Assembly: GCA_963777605.1 (NCBI GenBank)
Contig: CAVZRV010000028.1
Span: 96,001 to 160,000 of the forward strand
DNA: 64,000 bases
Direction: 5' to 3'
DNA from: an uncultured Acidobacteriota bacterium
Lineage (GTDB): Bacteria > Acidobacteriota > UBA6911 > RPQK01 > JAPXNP01
Position numbers and translations under genes: made by a program. How positions within the stretch are numbered: position 1 is the first letter of the stretch; each line of letters opens with the position of its first letter. Below, piece after piece: positions 40,664-53,409 of the stretch. The notes under the pieces were generated by a model, which did no database searches, was not told the DNA's origin, and saw only the letters and a list, made by a program, of their open reading frames with translations.

Positions 40664-42532
40664 CTTCAACTCGGAAGACCTGGGAAAACTGGGGAATTTG
40701 GATGCGTCTGGGTGGAGATGGAAGCTTCCCAACCGTACCCACTGTCAACGGCCGTTGGGAACCCCGCGCCGAAGGCTCGTTGGTCTGGTGGTGCTCCCCC
40801 ACTTTCACCGACAACCAGGCCAATGACAGGGCGAGTGGATTTCATAGCCGCAGTCTACCGACTTTGGGCAGGCCAACGCACTTTTGCAGACGATTGCCGC
40901 GATTTCCCTCCCGTTGAGGGCCTGATGAGTCGGCTCCATTGAAAGGACAATTCCAGGGTCAACGTCCAGAAAGTGTTTGGGCGCCAGCCGCAGGACTGTT
41001 GAGTACTCTGCGTTTGGGCGCCAGCCGCAGGACTGTTGAGTACTCTGCGTTTGGGCGCCAGCCGCAGGACTGTTGAGTACTCTGCGTTTGGGCGCCAGCC
41101 GCAGGACTGTCGAGTACACAGAGGCAGGCCCTTCACGGGCCTGCGTCCGCGGGGTCGCCACCAACCCACAAGTCGTCGAAAAGCTTTGGCGACAGCACCC
41201 ACTCCGGCTTTGCGTGACTCTCCCAAACTCGTTGCCCTGCCAGGTACCCGGGGGCGCGTTCCTTACCCCCGGCTCTGAGTCTGGGCGCCGGCCGCAGGAC
41301 TGTCGAGTACTCTGCGTTTGGGCGCCAGCCGCAGGACTGTTGAGTACTCTGCGTTTGGGCGCCAGCCGCAGGACTGTCGAGCACACAGAGGCAGGCCCTT
41401 CACGGGCCTGCGTCCGCGGGCTCGCCACCAACCCACAAGTCGTCGAAAAGCTTTGGCGACAGCACCCATTCCGGCTTTGCATGACTCCCCCAAACTCGTT
41501 GCCCTGCCAGGTACCCGGGGGCGCGTTCCTTACCCCCGGCTCTGGTCTGGGCGCCAGCCGCGACTGTTGAGTACTCTGCGTTTGGGCGCCAGCCGCAGGA
41601 CTGTTGAGTACTCTGCGTTTGGGCGCCAGCTGCAGGACTGTCGAGTACACAGAGGCAGGCCCTCACCGGGCCTGCGTCCTCGGGGTCGCCACCAACCCAC
41701 AAGCCGTCGAAAAGCTTTGGCGACAGCACCCACTCCGGCTTTGCATGACTCTCCCAAACTCGTTGCCCTGCCAGGTACCCGGGGGCGCGTTCCTTACCCC
41801 CGGCTCTGCGTCTGGGCGCCAGCTGCAGGACTGTTGAGTACTCTGCGTTTGGGCGCCAGCCGCAGGACTGTTGAGTACTCTGCGTTTGGGCGCCAGCCGC
41901 AGGACTGTCGAGTACACAGAGGCAGGCCCTTCACGGGCCTGCGTCCGCGGGGTCGCCACCAACCCACAAGTCGTCGAAAAGCTTTGGCGACAGCACCCAC
42001 TCCGGCTTTCCGTGACTCTCCCAAACTCGTTGCCCTGCCAGGTACCCGGGGGCGCGTTCCTTACCCCCGGCTCTGAGTCTGGGCCCAGCAGGACTGTTGA
42101 GACTCTGCGTTTGGGCGCCAGCCGCAGGACTGTCGAGCACACAGAGGCAGGCCCTTCACGGGCCTGCGTCCGCGGGCTCGCCACCCACCCACAAGCCGTC
42201 GAAAAGCTTTGGCGACAGCACCCACTCCGGTTTCCGTGACTCCCCCAAACTCGTTGCCCTGCCAGGTACCCGGGGGCGCGTTCCTTACCCCCGGCTCTGA
42301 GTCTGGGCGCCGGCCGCAGGACTGTCGAGTACTCTGCGTTTGGGCGCCAGCCGCAGGACTGTTGAGTACTCTGCGTTTGGGCGCCAGCTGCAGGACTGTC
42401 GAGTACACAGAGGCAGGCCCTCACCGGGCCTGCGTCCGCGGGGTCGGCACCGTACCGTAGGCCCACGAAAGTCGAAACTAAGCTGGGAAGTCAGCTACGT
42501 GCGTTCGGTTCTCAACGTCGGTCCGACTCGTA

Positions 42533-43093
42533 CTACAATCCATCCTTGTAGTCTTTCCATTTCGGATTCAGGTAAGTCTCCAGTGGTTCCCCTTGCTGGT
42601 TCAGCACGTAATCGATCGCTCCCGGGATGTCCCTGGCGGTCCACAGGAACCTTCGGCTTCCCTTCCCGATCCACCGTCGCCGACCAATTGGGTCGAGTCC
42701 TTGATTGACTAGGTCCCGCCCGGCCCTCTCCTTGATTCGCGCCAGAATCTCCTCGGACTCCACGGCGGCTGAAATGACCGAATGGAGATGGGTTGTCCGA
42801 ACGTGTGCTGCGATCAGTTCCCACTCGTTGCTATTGCATGCCGTTTTGACCGACTCCATCACAAGTCTCCGTCTCGATCGGTTCATCCTATATCGCTCCT
42901 GGACCATACACGCTCCGTTTTCCGATTCCCATCTCGGATTCGGAGACAGATAGGGTGCCCCGTACCGGTTGTGCTTCCGATTCACAGATCCTTTGCGACT
43001 TCCATGCAAGTGGTGGCCGTAGCACTTCAGGGTCACCAGATAGGCCGCCGGAAAGTTAATGAGTGAGTAGGCAGAGAATTCATATTCATTCAT
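42533..43093 (-). CDS. HUH/Y1 tyrosine transposase, RAYT-like, copy 1 (186 aa)
   Basis: AYLVTLKCYGHHLHG N-terminus, HUH motif THLH and catalytic Tyr in IDYVLNQQG; flanked by palindromic repeats. Confidence 0.8.
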   Translation of the reverse strand: MNEYEFSAYSLINFPAAYLVTLKCYGHHLHGSRKGSVNRKHNRYGAPYLSPNPRWESENGACMVQERYRMNRSRRRLVMESVKTACNSNEWELIAAHVRTTHLHSVISAAVESEEILARIKERAGRDLVNQGLDPIGRRRWIGKGSRRFLWTARDIPGAIDYVLNQQGEPLETYLNPKWKDYKDGL

Positions 43094-44493
43094 CAAATCT
43101 ATACACGTTCGAACTGAGCAAAACTGCGAGAGTCGTCGAACACACTGAGGCAGGCCCTTAACGGGCCTGCGTCCTCGGGGTCGCCACCAACCCACAAGCC
43201 GTCGAAAAGCTTTGGCGACAGCACCCACTCCGGCTTTGCATGACTCTCCCAAACTCGTTGCCCTGCCAGGTACCCGGGGGCGCGTTCCTTACCCCCGGCT
43301 CTGCGTTTGGGCGCCAGCCGCAGGACTGTCGAGTACTCTGCGTTTGGGCGCCAGCCGCAGGACTGTTGAGTACTCTGCGTTTGGGCGCCAGCCGCAGGAC
43401 TGTTGAGTACTCTGCGTTTGGGCGCCAGCCGCAGGACTGTCGAGTACACAGAGGCAGGCCCTTCACGGGCCTGCGTCCGCGGGGTCGCCACCAACCCACA
43501 AGTCGTCGAAAAGTTCTGGCGACAGCACCCACTCCGGTTTCCGTGACTCTCCCAAACTCGTTACCCTGCCAGGTACCCGGGGGCGCGTTCCTTACCCCCG
43601 GCTCTGCGTCTGGGCGCCAGCCGCAGGACTGTTGAGTACTCTGCGTTTGGGCGCCAGCCGCAGGACTGTCGAGCACACAGAGGCAGGCCCTTCACGGGCC
43701 TGCGTCCGCGGGCTCACCACCAACCCACAAGTCGTCGAAAAGCTTTGGCGACAGCACCCACTCCGGCTTTGCGTGACTCTCCCAAACTCGTTGCCCTGCC
43801 AGGTACCCGGGGGCGCGTTCCTTACCCCCGGCTCTGCGTTTGGGCGCCAGCCGCAGGATGTTGAGTACTCTGCGTTTGGGCGCCAGCCGCAGGACTGTTG
43901 AGTACTCTGCGTTTGGGCGCCAGCCGCAGGACTGTCGAGCACACAGAGGCAGGCCCTTCACCGGGCCTGCGTCCGCGGGGTCGCCACCAACCCACAAGTC
44001 GTCGAAAAGCTTTGGCGACAGCACCCATTCCGGCTTTGCGTGACTCCCCCAAACTCGTTGCCCTGCCAGGTACCCGGGGGCGCGTTCCTTACCCCCGGCT
44101 CTGAGTCTGGGCGCCAGCCGCAGGACTGTTGAGTACTCTGCGTTTGGGCGCCAGCCGCAGGACTGTCGAGTACACAGAGGCAGGCCCTTCACGGGCCTGC
44201 GTCCGCGGGGTCGCCACCAACCCACAAGTCGTCGAAAAGCTTTGGCGACAGCACCCACTCCGGTTTCCGTGACTCTCCCAAACTCGTTACCCTGCCAGGT
44301 ACCCGGGGGCGCGTTCCTTACCCCCGGCTCTGCGTTTGGGCGCCCAGCTCGCAGGACTGTCGAGTACACAGAGGCAGGCCCTCACCGGGCCTGCGTCCGC
44401 GGGGTCGCCACCGTACCGTAGGCCCACGAAAGTCGAAACTAAGCTGGGAAGTCAGCTACGTGCGTTCGGTTCTCAACGTCGGGCCGACTCGTA

Positions 44494-45054
44494 CTACAAT
44501 CCATCCTTGTAGTCTTTCCATTTCGGATTCAGGTAAGTCTCCAGTGGTTCCCCTTGCTGGTTCAGGACGTAATCGATCGCTCCCGGGATGTCCCTGGCGG
44601 TCCACAGGAACCTTCGGCTTCCCTTCCCGATCCACCGTCGCCGACCAATTCGGTCGAGTCCTTGATTGACTAGGTCCCGCCCGGCCCTCTCCTTGATTCG
44701 CGCCAGAATCTCCTCGGACTCCACGGCGGCTGAAATGACCGAATGGAGATGGGTTGTCCGAACGTGTGCTGCGATCAGTTCCCACTCGTTGCTATTGCAT
44801 GCCGTTTTGACCGACTCCATCACAAGTCTCCGTCTCGATCGGTTCATCCTATATCGCTCCTGGACCATGCACGCTCCGTTTTCCGATTCCCATCTCGGAT
44901 TCGGAGACAGATAGGGTGCCCCGTACCGGTTGTGCTTCCGATTCACAGATCCTTTGCGACTTCCATGCAAGTGGTGGCCGTAGCACTTCAGGGTCACCAG
45001 ATAGGCCGCCGGAAAGTTAATGAGTGAGTAGGCAGAGAATTCATATTCATTCAT
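44494..45054 (-). CDS. HUH/Y1 tyrosine transposase, RAYT-like, copy 2
   Basis: Near-identical to copy 1 at an offset of 1961 bp; one amino-acid change seen (P/R). Confidence 0.8.
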   Translation of the reverse strand: MNEYEFSAYSLINFPAAYLVTLKCYGHHLHGSRKGSVNRKHNRYGAPYLSPNPRWESENGACMVQERYRMNRSRRRLVMESVKTACNSNEWELIAAHVRTTHLHSVISAAVESEEILARIKERAGRDLVNQGLDRIGRRRWIGKGSRRFLWTARDIPGAIDYVLNQQGEPLETYLNPKWKDYKDGL

Positions 45055-45727
45055 CAAATCTATACACGTTCGAACTGAGCAAAACTGCGAGAGTCGTCGA
45101 GTACACAGAGGCAGGCCAGGCCTGCGTCCGCGGGGGCGGCACCCACCCACAAGTCGTCGATAAGCTTTGGCGACAGCACCCACTCCGGTTTCCGTGACTC
45201 TCCCAAACTCGTTGCCCTGCCAGGTACCCGGGGGCGCGTTCCTTACCCCCGGCTCTGTGTCTGGGCGCCAGCCGCAGGACTGTCGAGTACTCTGCGTTTG
45301 GGCGCCAGCCGCAGGACTGTCGAGCACACAGAGGCAGGCCCTTACACGGGCCTGCGTCCGCGGGGTCGCCACCAACCCACAAGTCGCCGAAAAGCTTTGG
45401 CGACAGCACCCATTCCGGCTTTGCGTGACTCTCCCAAACTCGTTGCCCTGCCAGGTACCCGGGGGCGCGTTCCTTACCCCCGGCTCTGTGTCTGGGCGCC
45501 AGCCGCAGGACTGTTGAGTACTCTGCGTTTGGGCGCCAGCCGCAGGACTGTTGAGTACTCTGCGTTTGGGCGCCAGCCGCAGGACTGTCGAGCACACAGA
45601 GGCAGGCCCTTCACGGGCCTGCGTCCGTGAGTTTGGCAGCTCCCGATCGCAGCCCCGTCTCACGATAGAATAGTGGACTAAGTAAGTCTGAGACCTCACC
45701 AGAACGGAATCATCGGAGGATTAACTG

Positions 45728-46783
45728 ATGCATAACGCTAAAGCCTATTCCGCAGCGAGCGCGACCTCGCCGCTTTCCCCAACAACGATCAACCGGCGTG
45801 ACCCAACCGATCGCGACGTGCAAATCGAAATTCTCTTCTGCGGCATTTGCCATTCGGATCTCCACGCAGTCCGAAGCGAGTGGACCGGCTTTCCCACTGT
45901 CTACCCGATCGTCCCCGGCCATGAGATCGTCGGGCGAGTCACCAGGGTCGGTTCAGCCGTGACCAGGTTCCAGCCCGGCGACCTTGCCGGCGTCGGATGC
46001 ATGGTCGACTCGGACGGGACCTGCCCCTCTTGCCGAGATGGCCTCCAACAGTTCTGTCCGAACATGACTCTCACCTACAACTCACCGGATCCGCACCTCG
46101 ATGGCGTCACCTACGGGGGCTACTCCGACAGCATCGTTGTCGATGAGCGTTTCGTCCTCCGCGTCCCGTCCAATCTCGAACTGTCCGGGGCGGCACCTCT
46201 GCTCTGCGCCGGAATTACCACTTACTCACCGATGCGCCGATGGGGCGTCTCCGAAGGACAGAAGGTGGGCGTCGTCGGCCTCGGAGGACTGGGTCATATG
46301 GGGGTAAAGTTCGCCCATGCGTTCGGAGCCCACGTCGTGGTCTTCACTACCTCACCCAGCAAGAAAGAGGACGCGCTTCGCCTCGGTGCCAACGACGTGG
46401 TCAATTCTCGGAACGAAGAGGAAATGCAAGAGCATGCCGGCAGTTTCCACTTCATCCTCGATACCGTCTCCGCCCGGCACGACATCAATGCGCTGATCCA
46501 CCTGCTCGGGCGTGACGGCAACCTGGCCCTTGTCGGTGCGCCGGATGATCCCCTGGCCGTCTCCGCGATGGGCCTCCTGTTCGGACGCAAGAGCATTTCG
46601 GGTTCGCTGATCGGCGGAATCGCCGAGACCCAGGAGATGCTCGACTTCTGCGGCCGGCACAACATCACCTCCGACGTCGAAGTCATTCCGATCCAGAAGG
46701 TCAACGAAGCCTACGAGAGAATGCTCAGGTCCGATGTGAAATTCCGCTTCTCCATCGACATGGCTTCGCTCAAGTCCGAGTAG
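45728..46783 (+). CDS. Zn-dependent NAD(P) alcohol dehydrogenase (cinnamyl-ADH family)
   Basis: CGICHSD, GHEIVG, APLLCAGITTYSP and GLGGLG. Confidence 0.92.
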   Translation: MHNAKAYSAASATSPLSPTTINRRDPTDRDVQIEILFCGICHSDLHAVRSEWTGFPTVYPIVPGHEIVGRVTRVGSAVTRFQPGDLAGVGCMVDSDGTCPSCRDGLQQFCPNMTLTYNSPDPHLDGVTYGGYSDSIVVDERFVLRVPSNLELSGAAPLLCAGITTYSPMRRWGVSEGQKVGVVGLGGLGHMGVKFAHAFGAHVVVFTTSPSKKEDALRLGANDVVNSRNEEEMQEHAGSFHFILDTVSARHDINALIHLLGRDGNLALVGAPDDPLAVSAMGLLFGRKSISGSLIGGIAETQEMLDFCGRHNITSDVEVIPIQKVNEAYERMLRSDVKFRFSIDMASLKSE

Positions 46784-46990
46784 TTGCAGCCCGGGAAGAG
46801 GTACTTCTTCGTCCACGGCTGAGCTGGAGCTTTCGTCCGATCAGATCGAATTTCGCGTACTGAGCTTCGGTCAGTGACTCGTTCTCTTTCCATTCGCCAC
46901 AACTGTCCGCCATGGAAGGGCCGAGCATTTTCTCGAAGATATCGTTGCCGAGATCGAAGTGCATCTCACCAATGTCGGCCAGGGACACTG
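46784..46990 (-). pseudogene. cfa: Internal fragment of cyclopropane fatty acyl phospholipid synthase
   Basis: HFDLGNDIFEKMLGPSMADSCGEWKENESLTEAQYAKFDLIGRKLQL resembles the Cfa HYDLGND...YSC..W...LEEAQ..K region; no complete ORF. Confidence 0.65.
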
Positions 46991-47095
46991 ACCGTGATCC
47001 ACGAGGACAGCCCCGACACGTATCAGGTCATCGAAGTCGGCCAATACGTGCCCTTCTCCGGACCACCTGACCCCGGTTCTGAAAAAAGCACTCAC

Positions 47096-47256
47096 GCCAG
47101 GCTGGCAGCCTGGACTACTTCGGTCACAGAGAGTAGTCCAGGCATCCGTGCCTGGGCTGTCCGCCGGGCAGCCTTGCCCGGCACAGTCTCCAAATCACGG
47201 CCACCCGCTCCGGGCTGGCAGCCCGAGCGACCTGCCAGGCTGGCAGCCTGGATTAC
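47096..47256. repeat. Cluster of GTAG-headed REP-like hairpins (second family)
   Basis: GTAGTCCAGGCTGCCAGCCTGG on the minus strand (47096-47118, variant at 47234-47256), GTAGTCCAGGCATCCGTGCCTGG on the plus strand (47133-47155), and two more hairpins between them. Confidence 0.65.
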
Positions 47257-47258
47257 TT

Positions 47259-49463
<2,205 letters not shown>

Positions 49464-49571
49464 TTATATTCGGATGAACAGTTGAAGAAGGTTCTTCTCT
49501 TGCCATGGTTCTTCCTACTTGATCAAAGACTCCAGATTGGTATCGAGTGATTCAAGGGCCATTCTAAACCA

Positions 49572-49637
49572 GATAATATTTGTTATCAACTAATACTAAG
49601 ACTTGACAGATGAGAGGCCTGCCGCCAAAATGGAATT
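49572..49637 (+). promoter_or_regulatory. Fur/Per-box-like inverted repeat and sigma70 promoter of the fur-family gene
   Basis: GATAA-N6-TTATC at 49572-49587; TTGACA (49603-49608), 17-bp spacer, CAAAAT (49626-49631). Confidence 0.55.
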
Positions 49638-50075
49638 GTGGACACGACCAATTCCTTTGAAACGCTCCTGGACAAGGCCAGGGCATCGAGATTACGCCTC
49701 ACCCCGCAACGGATGGAGCTCTTACGCGCCCTGAGCGAGACGAAGAAGCATCCGACGGCGGACGACCTTTACCGTCACGTGAAGCGACTGCTGCCGTCGG
49801 TCACTCAGGCAACCATTCATCGAAATCTCCAGGAATTGGTCAAGGCCGGATTGATTGCCACGTTGGAGCGAACAGGAGGTCCGACTCAATATGATCCGAC
49901 GGCCGACGACCACCACCATTTCGTCTGCCGCCAATGCGGACGAATCTTCGATGTGTACCTGAGCCATTCCGATTACCGGATCGACCAGCAAAAGTCTGAG
50001 TTGGGCGACGCTTCGATCGATCGCTTCGAAATCCATTTCGACGGAACCTGCACCGAATGTCAAACTCCCCGGTGA
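49638..50075 (+). CDS. Fur family regulator (PerR/FurA-like)
   Basis: LRLTPQR, HPTADDLY, HHHFVCRQCG and C-terminal CTEC; divergent from katG. Confidence 0.9.
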   Translation: MDTTNSFETLLDKARASRLRLTPQRMELLRALSETKKHPTADDLYRHVKRLLPSVTQATIHRNLQELVKAGLIATLERTGGPTQYDPTADDHHHFVCRQCGRIFDVYLSHSDYRIDQQKSELGDASIDRFEIHFDGTCTECQTPR

Positions 50076-50143
50076 ACTGGCCCTTGAGGTTCCCGGAATC
50101 CTTCTGTCGTCTTGCAGTTTCGATCCCGGTTCGGTAACCATTC

Positions 50144-51574
50144 TCAATCCAGCGCCGACAGGACGGTTCGCCAGACCTTTGCCGTGCCCTTGTCGGTTAC
50201 ATCCAAAGCGTTCTCATATTCCTCGTGGTTGCCCTGTGCTTCCGGGGTAACCATGCGTACGAACACAAACTCATTCACCGGGTCTACCAGGCAGATGTTG
50301 TGGTAAGCCCCCAGGAAGCCGTAGCCGTTTCGGTCTACTCCCTCGAAAATCCCGTTTGTGTTCACAAACATCTGAAAGCCGTACCCACGTCGACGAAAGT
50401 CGTCCTGACCCGGGGCAACGGGAATTTGCTGCAACAGGGGATCGTTGACGGTGGCCTGCTTGATGAAGTCTTCGCTGAGGAGTTGATTGCCGTCCCAGCG
50501 ACCCTTGTTCAAGTAGAACTGCCCAAACTTGGCCAGCTCACGGGCGCTGATCAACACACTGCGCCAGCCCAGGCAGTCCCCTTGGCGGGAACGCAGCCAA
50601 TCCGCCTCGACTACGCCAATCTCGTTGAGGATGCGTTCGCGCAAGAAGACGATCGGCTGCTTGCCGGTAACCCGTTTCACGATTATCGCCAGGGCGTGCG
50701 AGGTCGCCTGTTCATAAGACCAGGCCGTTCCGGGTTCCCTTTCCATGGGCCAGTTCAGCATGGCCTCGGTCGGGTTCGAAGCTTCCGTGTATTTCCGGTA
50801 ATCACTTTTCAGCCCGGAAGTCATGGTCAGCAGGTTTCGGATCGTGATCGTGCGCTTGTCGTCAGTGTCCCACTCCTTCAAGTATTTGCAGGCAGGATCA
50901 TCCAGCCCCAGTTTCCCGTCATCCATCAGGAGGCCGATGGCTGTTCCGGTGAAGGCTTTCCCAGCTGAGTAAATGTCGAAGCGGGATTCGGGCCCGAAAT
51001 CGCTCCAGTAATGCTCCCAGACCAGCTTGCCTTTATAGACCAGACAGGCAGCACCGGTCTTGTTGGCCCCCAGCAATTCCGTCAACTCGTGGTTCAGAAC
51101 CTCCGGTCTCAGCCCCACCGATTCCGGTCTGGCTTCCTCCCATCGAAATGTCTCCACGGCCTTCTGCTCCGACACCTCGGATTGACGGGAAGCCGGTTGC
51201 GGGCTACAGGACGCGGTCAGGAAAAGAAAGGCAGCGATTACTGCACAGCGCAATCTGCTGTCCTGAGTCGGAAATTTCCACGAACCTGTTGCGAGCGCAA
51301 CGGGATCCAGATCAAGGCATCGCCGAGGAGGCCCAACGCAGAGAGGGGACCCGTCCCGCCGCAACCCGCAGGGCCAAGAGGGGTTGCGGCCGATCCCTTC
51401 GTCACTCTTCGTCGACAATGCGACGGCATCGACGCCTCCTCGATTCGCAAGCTCGACTCGCAAGCCCCCTCCGCAGGTGCCTGCCAATTTCCGAATCAGG
51501 ACACTAAGCTGTAAGTTCATAGTCGACCTTCCCTGTGAAGAGTGCCGTTCCAGGCCCTGAAGCCGGGTGATCAA
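50144..51574 (-). CDS. Serine hydrolase, beta-lactamase-related lipoprotein (true start probably nearer 51250)
   Basis: SAGK (SxxK), LLTMTSG and WSYEQ; lipobox-like LTASC. Confidence 0.75.
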   Translation of the reverse strand: MITRLQGLERHSSQGRSTMNLQLSVLIRKLAGTCGGGLRVELANRGGVDAVALSTKSDEGIGRNPSWPCGLRRDGSPLCVGPPRRCLDLDPVALATGSWKFPTQDSRLRCAVIAAFLFLTASCSPQPASRQSEVSEQKAVETFRWEEARPESVGLRPEVLNHELTELLGANKTGAACLVYKGKLVWEHYWSDFGPESRFDIYSAGKAFTGTAIGLLMDDGKLGLDDPACKYLKEWDTDDKRTITIRNLLTMTSGLKSDYRKYTEASNPTEAMLNWPMEREPGTAWSYEQATSHALAIIVKRVTGKQPIVFLRERILNEIGVVEADWLRSRQGDCLGWRSVLISARELAKFGQFYLNKGRWDGNQLLSEDFIKQATVNDPLLQQIPVAPGQDDFRRRGYGFQMFVNTNGIFEGVDRNGYGFLGAYHNICLVDPVNEFVFVRMVTPEAQGNHEEYENALDVTDKGTAKVWRTVLSALD

Positions 51575-51903
51575 TCATTTCCGAAAATAAGCCACGCGAG
51601 CCCCTGATTACAGAGACATGCGTCGCAGCGGGTCTGGCCAATTGTGCATGGAGGGGAGTTCGATGGACAAGTCTTTTCCCGGACCGGGCACCGGAGTGCA
51701 CTTAACGCCTGCTGAAGTCCGCTCTTCACGATGACGATCTCCGATCGATCTCTGCCGGCGAGGGGTTTGATGAAGCGGAATCGATTTCCGTCGCTGGGAC
51801 GCTCCCGCCCTCGGGATTGAGTCCGCCAAGCAGAGAATCTTGCGGGTCGGATTTCCATTGTGGATAGTGACTCCGTCGTTTAAGGTCAGAATGAGAGGCC
51901 CGC

Positions 51904-52971
51904 ATGACCGGATTGCTGCAATTTTTGGGAGAGGCAATGCGCAGCCTGGCCCCAACGGCTGCAACGCTAATCGCTGTACTCACCATCGTTTTCGTGGTTA
52001 GGCACATCCTGAATCGGCGTTACGCTGATTCGGTCGGGCTCAAGTTCCGAATCCAGTTCATACTCCTGCTGCTGTCTTTCGGTGGCCTGATTGCGGTAAT
52101 TCTGGCGAGCCCGGTCACTGAGGGTGCCAAGACCCAGTTGTTGAGCCTGATCGGAATCCTTTTGAGTGCGGCTCTCGCGCTCTCTTCGACCACTTTTCTC
52201 GGCAATATCATGGCGGGACTCATGCAGAGAGCTGTCAAGAGTTTTCGGGTGGGTGACTTCATCCGGGTTCAGGATTACTTTGGGCGGGTATCCGAACTCG
52301 GGCTCTTTCACGTCGAGATTCAAACCGAAGACCGAGATCTGACAACTATGCCCAACCTCTTCCTGGCGACCCATCCGGTCAAAGTAATACGCGGGGGAAC
52401 GCTCGTGACGGCGGAAGTCTCGCTCGGATATGACGTTGGGCGAAAAATCGCAAGTGAGCAACTGCGGGCTGCAGCCTCTGAAGCCGGCCTGGAAGACTCC
52501 TTTGTCCACGTCATGGAACTGGGCGATTTCTCGGTCACCTACCGGGTCTCCGGAATTCTTGGTGACGTAAAGAGCCTGCTGTCGGCCCGTTCTCGTTTGC
52601 GGGAGGAAATTTTGGACAATTGTCACGCTGCCGGGATTGAGATTGTCTCGCCCAACTTCATGAATCAGCGCGTTCTGGATGCCGAAAGGAAAATGATCCC
52701 TCCCAATCCGGACCTCGACTTGACCCCGGCTCCCGACCAAGAACACCTACCCGAGGAGAGAATCTTCGACAAGGCCGAGAAGGCCCAATCTCTGGAACGG
52801 ATCCGGCAACACGAGGAAAAGCTGAAGCAACACGTCCTGACGCTCGAACGCCGAATCAAGGAGGCTCCAAACGAGGGTACAAAATCCCGACTCACGCGAC
52901 GGATCGAGAGGATTCAATCCAGGCTGGAAGAAGCCAGGAAAGTGATCGAGGCCGAATCTCAGAGAGACTAA
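51904..52971 (+). CDS. MscS-family mechanosensitive channel
   Basis: SSTTFLGNIMAG, FRVGDFI and GIEIVSPNFMNQR. Confidence 0.85.
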   Translation: MTGLLQFLGEAMRSLAPTAATLIAVLTIVFVVRHILNRRYADSVGLKFRIQFILLLLSFGGLIAVILASPVTEGAKTQLLSLIGILLSAALALSSTTFLGNIMAGLMQRAVKSFRVGDFIRVQDYFGRVSELGLFHVEIQTEDRDLTTMPNLFLATHPVKVIRGGTLVTAEVSLGYDVGRKIASEQLRAAASEAGLEDSFVHVMELGDFSVTYRVSGILGDVKSLLSARSRLREEILDNCHAAGIEIVSPNFMNQRVLDAERKMIPPNPDLDLTPAPDQEHLPEERIFDKAEKAQSLERIRQHEEKLKQHVLTLERRIKEAPNEGTKSRLTRRIERIQSRLEEARKVIEAESQRD

Positions 52972-53409
52972 CGAACCTGAACACGGTCAACCGGTGCCGT
53001 TGACATCCTTCGCCGCGCCGGATTCACCTCGTCCGAAGAGGTGTTCAGCCCTTATAAGGGCTGAATTCTCGTATGAGGTGGCCCGTGCACCCAGGCAGAT
53101 GCCGGGCTGAAAAGAGGCCCCTTTCAGGGTCCGGGCAGGTTCCGATCCCGTGATTCCCCCCTTTTCACGTCCGGTAACTGTCCAAGAGCCTGAATCCAGC
53201 TGACAATCGCGCTTTAAATCGGCCCCAAACCGGTCTCCGGTCTCCGGCCAGGTGACTTCGAGCGCGAGACAAGCAGGATATGTCCTACCTTCTGTCTCAC
53301 GTCAGCCCCGCCCCCGCTCTCCGCGGTTGTGTCGTCCAACAGGTGCAGGTAGACTCCTTTCGCCGGCGTTTACCGGCACAACATCCGAGCACTCCAAGGA
53401 GATGGCCCC

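Larger units (their letters stand above)
40975..45627 (-). repeat. Higher-order palindromic repeat array C: 12 full core units of about 190 bp separated by variable numbers of a 37-bp module; interrupted twice by RAYT cassettes
   Basis: 37-bp module CTCTGCGTTTGGGCGCCAGCCGCAGGACTGTTGAGTA; the core has hairpins GCAGGCCC-TTCAC-GGGCCTGC and CCGGGGG-CGCGTTCCTTA-CCCCCGG; inverted relative to arrays A and B. Confidence 0.95.

Noticed and set aside
42533-45054. IS200/IS605 element with TnpB or an omega RNA
   Set aside because: No TnpB/IscB ORF nearby, and the flanks are multi-copy arrays rather than single left and right end hairpins.
40975-45627. CRISPR array (37-bp repeats)
   Set aside because: The 37-bp modules abut directly or are separated by a near-constant core rather than unique spacers, and there are no cas genes in the window.
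40805-45699. Numerous repeat-derived ORFs and N-terminal extensions of the HUH genes
   Set aside because: The extensions differ between the two copies and consist of translated repeats; the shared start is MNEYEF.
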